Of a stretch of 64,000 bases of DNA, positions 59,794 through 64,000 are shown piece by piece. The notes beneath the pieces are model-generated. The model searched no databases, had not been told where the DNA came from, and worked only from the letters and a program-made list of their open reading frames with translations. The stretch is from Vicugna vicugna (Eukaryota): assembly GCA_013265495.1 (NCBI GenBank), contig MU058718.1, positions 4,078,678-4,142,677 of the forward strand, given 5' to 3'. The position numbers were made by a program, and so were the translations under genes. Numbering within the stretch: position 1 is the stretch's first letter; each line of letters begins with the position of its first letter.

Positions 59794-60900
59794 GGTAAAA
59801 ATTGGAAGTAACTTAACTAACATTACAGAAATCATTCAGTAAATAATCCTACTTTGGAATACTGAAGTTATTTAAAATGCTCACAAAAAGTGTATAATCT
59901 TGTAGAGAAATACTCTTAATAGAAAATAAAATTGAAGTTCACACTTCAACAAGGGTTATTGAGTGCCTGCTGGGGAAACATACATAGTGGTTAAGTGGCC
60001 TGACTCAGATACAGAATCTTTCACAGCTGTCCCACTATCATTAAGATATTTTCTGCTTCCATGAGTGTATGTGTTTCTGTAAGGAAGAGAAGACTCAACT
60101 ATGTCTCCCTTAAACAGTAAGAAAACATCTGATTCACGTAATTGAAGTCTGGAGGAAGGCTGCTTTAAGACTAATTGATTTAGTGGCTCAATGATGTTAT
60201 TAAAGACCAGGTTTCATTTTGACTCATTGTTTTGTCCAGATTATCAGCTTTATCTAAGACTGTTTCCCCTCAAGACCATAAGAGTGGTGGCAGGAGCAAT
60301 AAAAGTTGTGTGCTTCTTTGTTCAGTCAAATAAGAAAGAGAGAGAGAGGTACAGAGAAAGATAGATTGCTTTTCCAAAAGAGCAAGGAACTTCCTTTTCG
60401 GTAGCCTCTAGCAAACTTCCTTTCAAAGTTCAGTAGTTGAATTAAGTCCTGTGCCAACAGCTAAACCAATTACTCTGGCTGAGGGAATGGTCTAACCAGG
60501 CCCCATCTTAGGAGCTAAGGGGTATGGTCAGCTTTCACTGAAGCACATGGCTAACATGCCTGAAAGAGAGGTAAATAAAAATCTGATCATGTTAAAAGAA
60601 AGTGAGAGAACAAGTCCCTTGTCTACTCCTTTACTGGAATTAGGATGCCCTGGGTGGAACTGGCTGACTAAACCATATGGGATGGATTCACCATCACCAA
60701 GGGGAGTTCTCTCAAAGACAATGCAGAGTTTGCTACATAAGCAAAAGGAACATATTCACAGCAGATAGTAATCCATCTAACCTCCTCACACCACCGGCCA
60801 ACACCCCATAGGCATACTTTTTGTTTCTGCTATTGGCACTTTGAGCCAACAAGACCCGTTGAGGTGACTGCAGAGTCACATAGTCAGGACAGCAGTTTTT

Positions 60901-61002
60901 TTTCTTTTCTTTTTTTAAAGTGAAATGTAGTCAGTTTACAATATTGCATCAATTTCTGGTGTACAGCATAATGTTTCAGTCATACATATATTCCTTTTCA
61001 CA
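60901..61002 (-). mobile_element. Short 5'-truncated L1 3' end with TSD
   Basis: Similar to the 16909 fragment; TSD AGGACAGCA(G/A)TTTTT at 60886-60900 and 61003-61017. Confidence 0.8.
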
Positions 61003-61854
61003 AGGACAGCAATTTTTGACATGGAGTAATGAGTGACATCTTTACTGGATGTCCCATAAGCAGTTTACACACAGTCAGTGTGTTTGAAATTAAACTCACC
61101 AACTTTTTTCCCAACTAGCTCCTATAACCCAGTCTCAGTGTAATGATAAGCAAGACATGGTCAGCCTTTATAATAGTTGAGTGTGGAAAGAGATATCAAA
61201 TGGGAAGTTGGTCCATAGTTACAGGTATTTTTTTAACCAAAAGAAATGAAAATAGTTCTTATTCTATGTCTGGTTGGCATGTTTAGGGGTAGTTTTTCCT
61301 CTAATACTTTATTATTTTGTAAATTTCCTTTACTGTGGTTATGTAGCGTGTTGATTATCAATGAGAGACTTACAAAGAAAAGGGTTCTGTGATACAGCCC
61401 TACCCTGTGATCTCCTATATGGGGATAATTACCTGTGTAGAAATGTATCCAATAATAGCCGCTTTAAAAATGCATGGTTTCTATTTATGGATGATCACTC
61501 TCTGCAACTTACTGTAGTTTATACAAACAAATATATTTGTTTTACCTGTTTTAGATTTTAAAAAGGCTTTTCAGGGAGCCGAATCTCATTCTTAATCTTC
61601 ATTAAATAGTATATCCTCATTTAGCAGTAACATCTAACATGTGCCAGGCACTACCACTGTTGTTAGGTGCTGTGGATGTGAAAATAAATACACCCTGCCC
61701 TCAAAAAGCATACGCCTTAATGGAGAGGATAGCTAAACCAACAGCCAGCTACAGTACAGTCTGACAGATCCCATAGCAAAGGTGATCACAGATTGAAATA
61801 AATTTTTGTCTTATGATTGCACTGTGAGTTGTGGTTTAAACTAATCTTTTTTAA

Positions 61855-61986
<132 letters not shown>

Positions 61987-62255
61987 TAGGTTTGCTTCGA
62001 CTTACTCAAAATTGCAAATCTTCAAAATAATGCTTTCTTTTATAAAGAGTCTGAATTATAATTTGGCTCACCCTTTATGGTTTTAAACATTTGGTTTGTT
62101 TTATTTGGGAAACACTTTAAATAATTGTTTAATCCTCATAATACTTTTTCTAAAAAAGAAGCTGGGCAGATTCACAGATACTCAGAAGTAGTACATTTTA
62201 TTTCTGGTAGAGATGGAAAGAACTTTAGTGTTCTAAGCATTCTCCAGACTTTCAG

Positions 62256-62430
62256 CAGGTGCTTCTCAAACTTTAGACTGAATCAGAAGCACCTGGAAGG
62301 CTTGTTAAAACCAGATGGCTAGAGTTTCTGATTGAGTAGGTCTGGGGTGGGGCCCAAGAATTTGCATGTCAAACAGGTTCCCTGCTAGTGCTGATGCTGT
62401 TGATCCCTGGGTCACGCCTTGAGAACTGCT
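62256..62430. mobile_element. MER5A-like DNA transposon remnant
   Basis: TTCTCAAACTTTAG...AGAGTTTCTGATTGAGTAGGTCTGGGGTGGGGCCCAAGAATTTGCAT...TTGAGAACTGCTG. Confidence 0.75.
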
Positions 62431-62823
62431 GCTCTCAGCCTCACTGAGGATAGAGAAGTAAATGGACAAAAAGAAGAAGCTGGATATTAAGTCCTCTTGA
62501 CATCATGTCCTTTTATGTCTATAAAGCTATATATTCTTTTCACTCACTTGCTCATTATTATATTTAAAATGCATAAATTTATGAACTGTATATACAAAGC
62601 AAGATAATCTGAGTCTTTATGTTCTAAGATTTCAATTGAAACATCTCATATATAAAAATATTAAACTGAGCCCTGAGTGAAACTGGGAGTAATTTAGTCA
62701 TAAATTTGATCATTAAACCAGATTAACCTATTTTGGGCCTTTGGGTTTAAGTTTTAACACATGAGAATTTTTCAGTCTTTTGAAAACTTTTTCTTACAGA
62801 TTTTTTTCAGAACAGAGGTATGA

Positions 62824-63360
<537 letters not shown>

Positions 63361-64000
63361 CCTTTAGCCATATGTAGTCATTGACACTGGAATGGTATTT
63401 GTAAAGTTGTTTTTTTTAATTTATTCAAAAAAGGCATAGTATTTTAGTACTTTTTAAAAATAATGCTCTTACAAAAATGCTACTGATCAAATAAGCTTTT
63501 AAAAATTCGAAAAATAAAAATACAGAAGTCCTTTACCATTATCCTCAGGTGATCAGTAGCATTGCCTTCTCTTGGAACCTCAGTGCTGCCAAAAGGCCAG
63601 TATAAAGAATTTATATTTGCACTGTAGACTCTGCTAAAATATGGTTTCAAGTAACATTGATTGCACTGAAAGGGGATAGTGCATCTGTGGAATTTTTCAA
63701 ATTTGAATAATAGATGACTTTTTAAGGCAGTGAATTTACACACATATAGGGGGTGTGTGGTGATACTGATTTTAAAGCCTCTTTGACCATCTTCTAGTTT
63801 TTATGTCTAGTTTTTACATTTAGGAAAATCGTGAATAACACCCACTGTACTTAAACTCTTTAATGCCATGTCTTAAATGCCAGAATTTGCTGCTGAAGAC
63901 AAAAATGAAAAATAGAATGAAAATAATAGAACGCACTGTGTTTATTATTTTGTCAAAATGTAAACAGACTACCTAACCCAATCATAGTGGAAAAAAGGGC
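63361..64000 (+). other. SOS2: SOS2 3'UTR (probably continues beyond the window)
   Basis: Follows the stop codon, has no recognisable repeats, contains miRNA seed matches; AATAAA at 63513-63518 may be a proximal polyA signal. Confidence 0.85.

Noticed and set aside
62800..62817. 18-nt microexon (cag|ATTTTTTTCAGAACAGAG|gtatga)
   Set aside because: The downstream intron to 62851 would be only 33 nt, too short to splice; kept only as an alternative acceptor

Overview
Mammalian genomic DNA, AT-rich and repeat-dense; the tRNA-Ala-derived SINEs suggest a camelid (inference). The window holds most of the SOS2 gene (Son of sevenless 2, Ras guanine-nucleotide exchange factor) on the + strand: coding exons 3-23 (numbered as in human), the stop codon at 63358-63360 and the start of the 3'UTR. 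Exons 1-2 lie upstream of the window. Twenty of the 21 exons have GT-AG boundaries and join in frame to a protein that matches human SOS2 as I recall it. Exon 6 is the exception: its first 45 nt (DH-domain residues ~239-253) are missing and an antisense L1 3'-end fragment sits in their place, which is either a real retrotransposon-mediated lesion or an assembly artefact. Intron 2 carries a ~3 kb L1 that keeps its 5'UTR, ORF1 and 3' end but lacks almost all of ORF2, with a junction that looks like a splice; it sits in tandem with a SINE at a triplicated target site. Other notable items are strong upstream acceptors that would truncate the proline-rich tail, a perfect 4x45-bp tandem repeat, and a cluster of miRNA seed matches in the 3'UTR. 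There are no prokaryotic features or CRISPR arrays. Repeat family names are from recognition, not from a database search.
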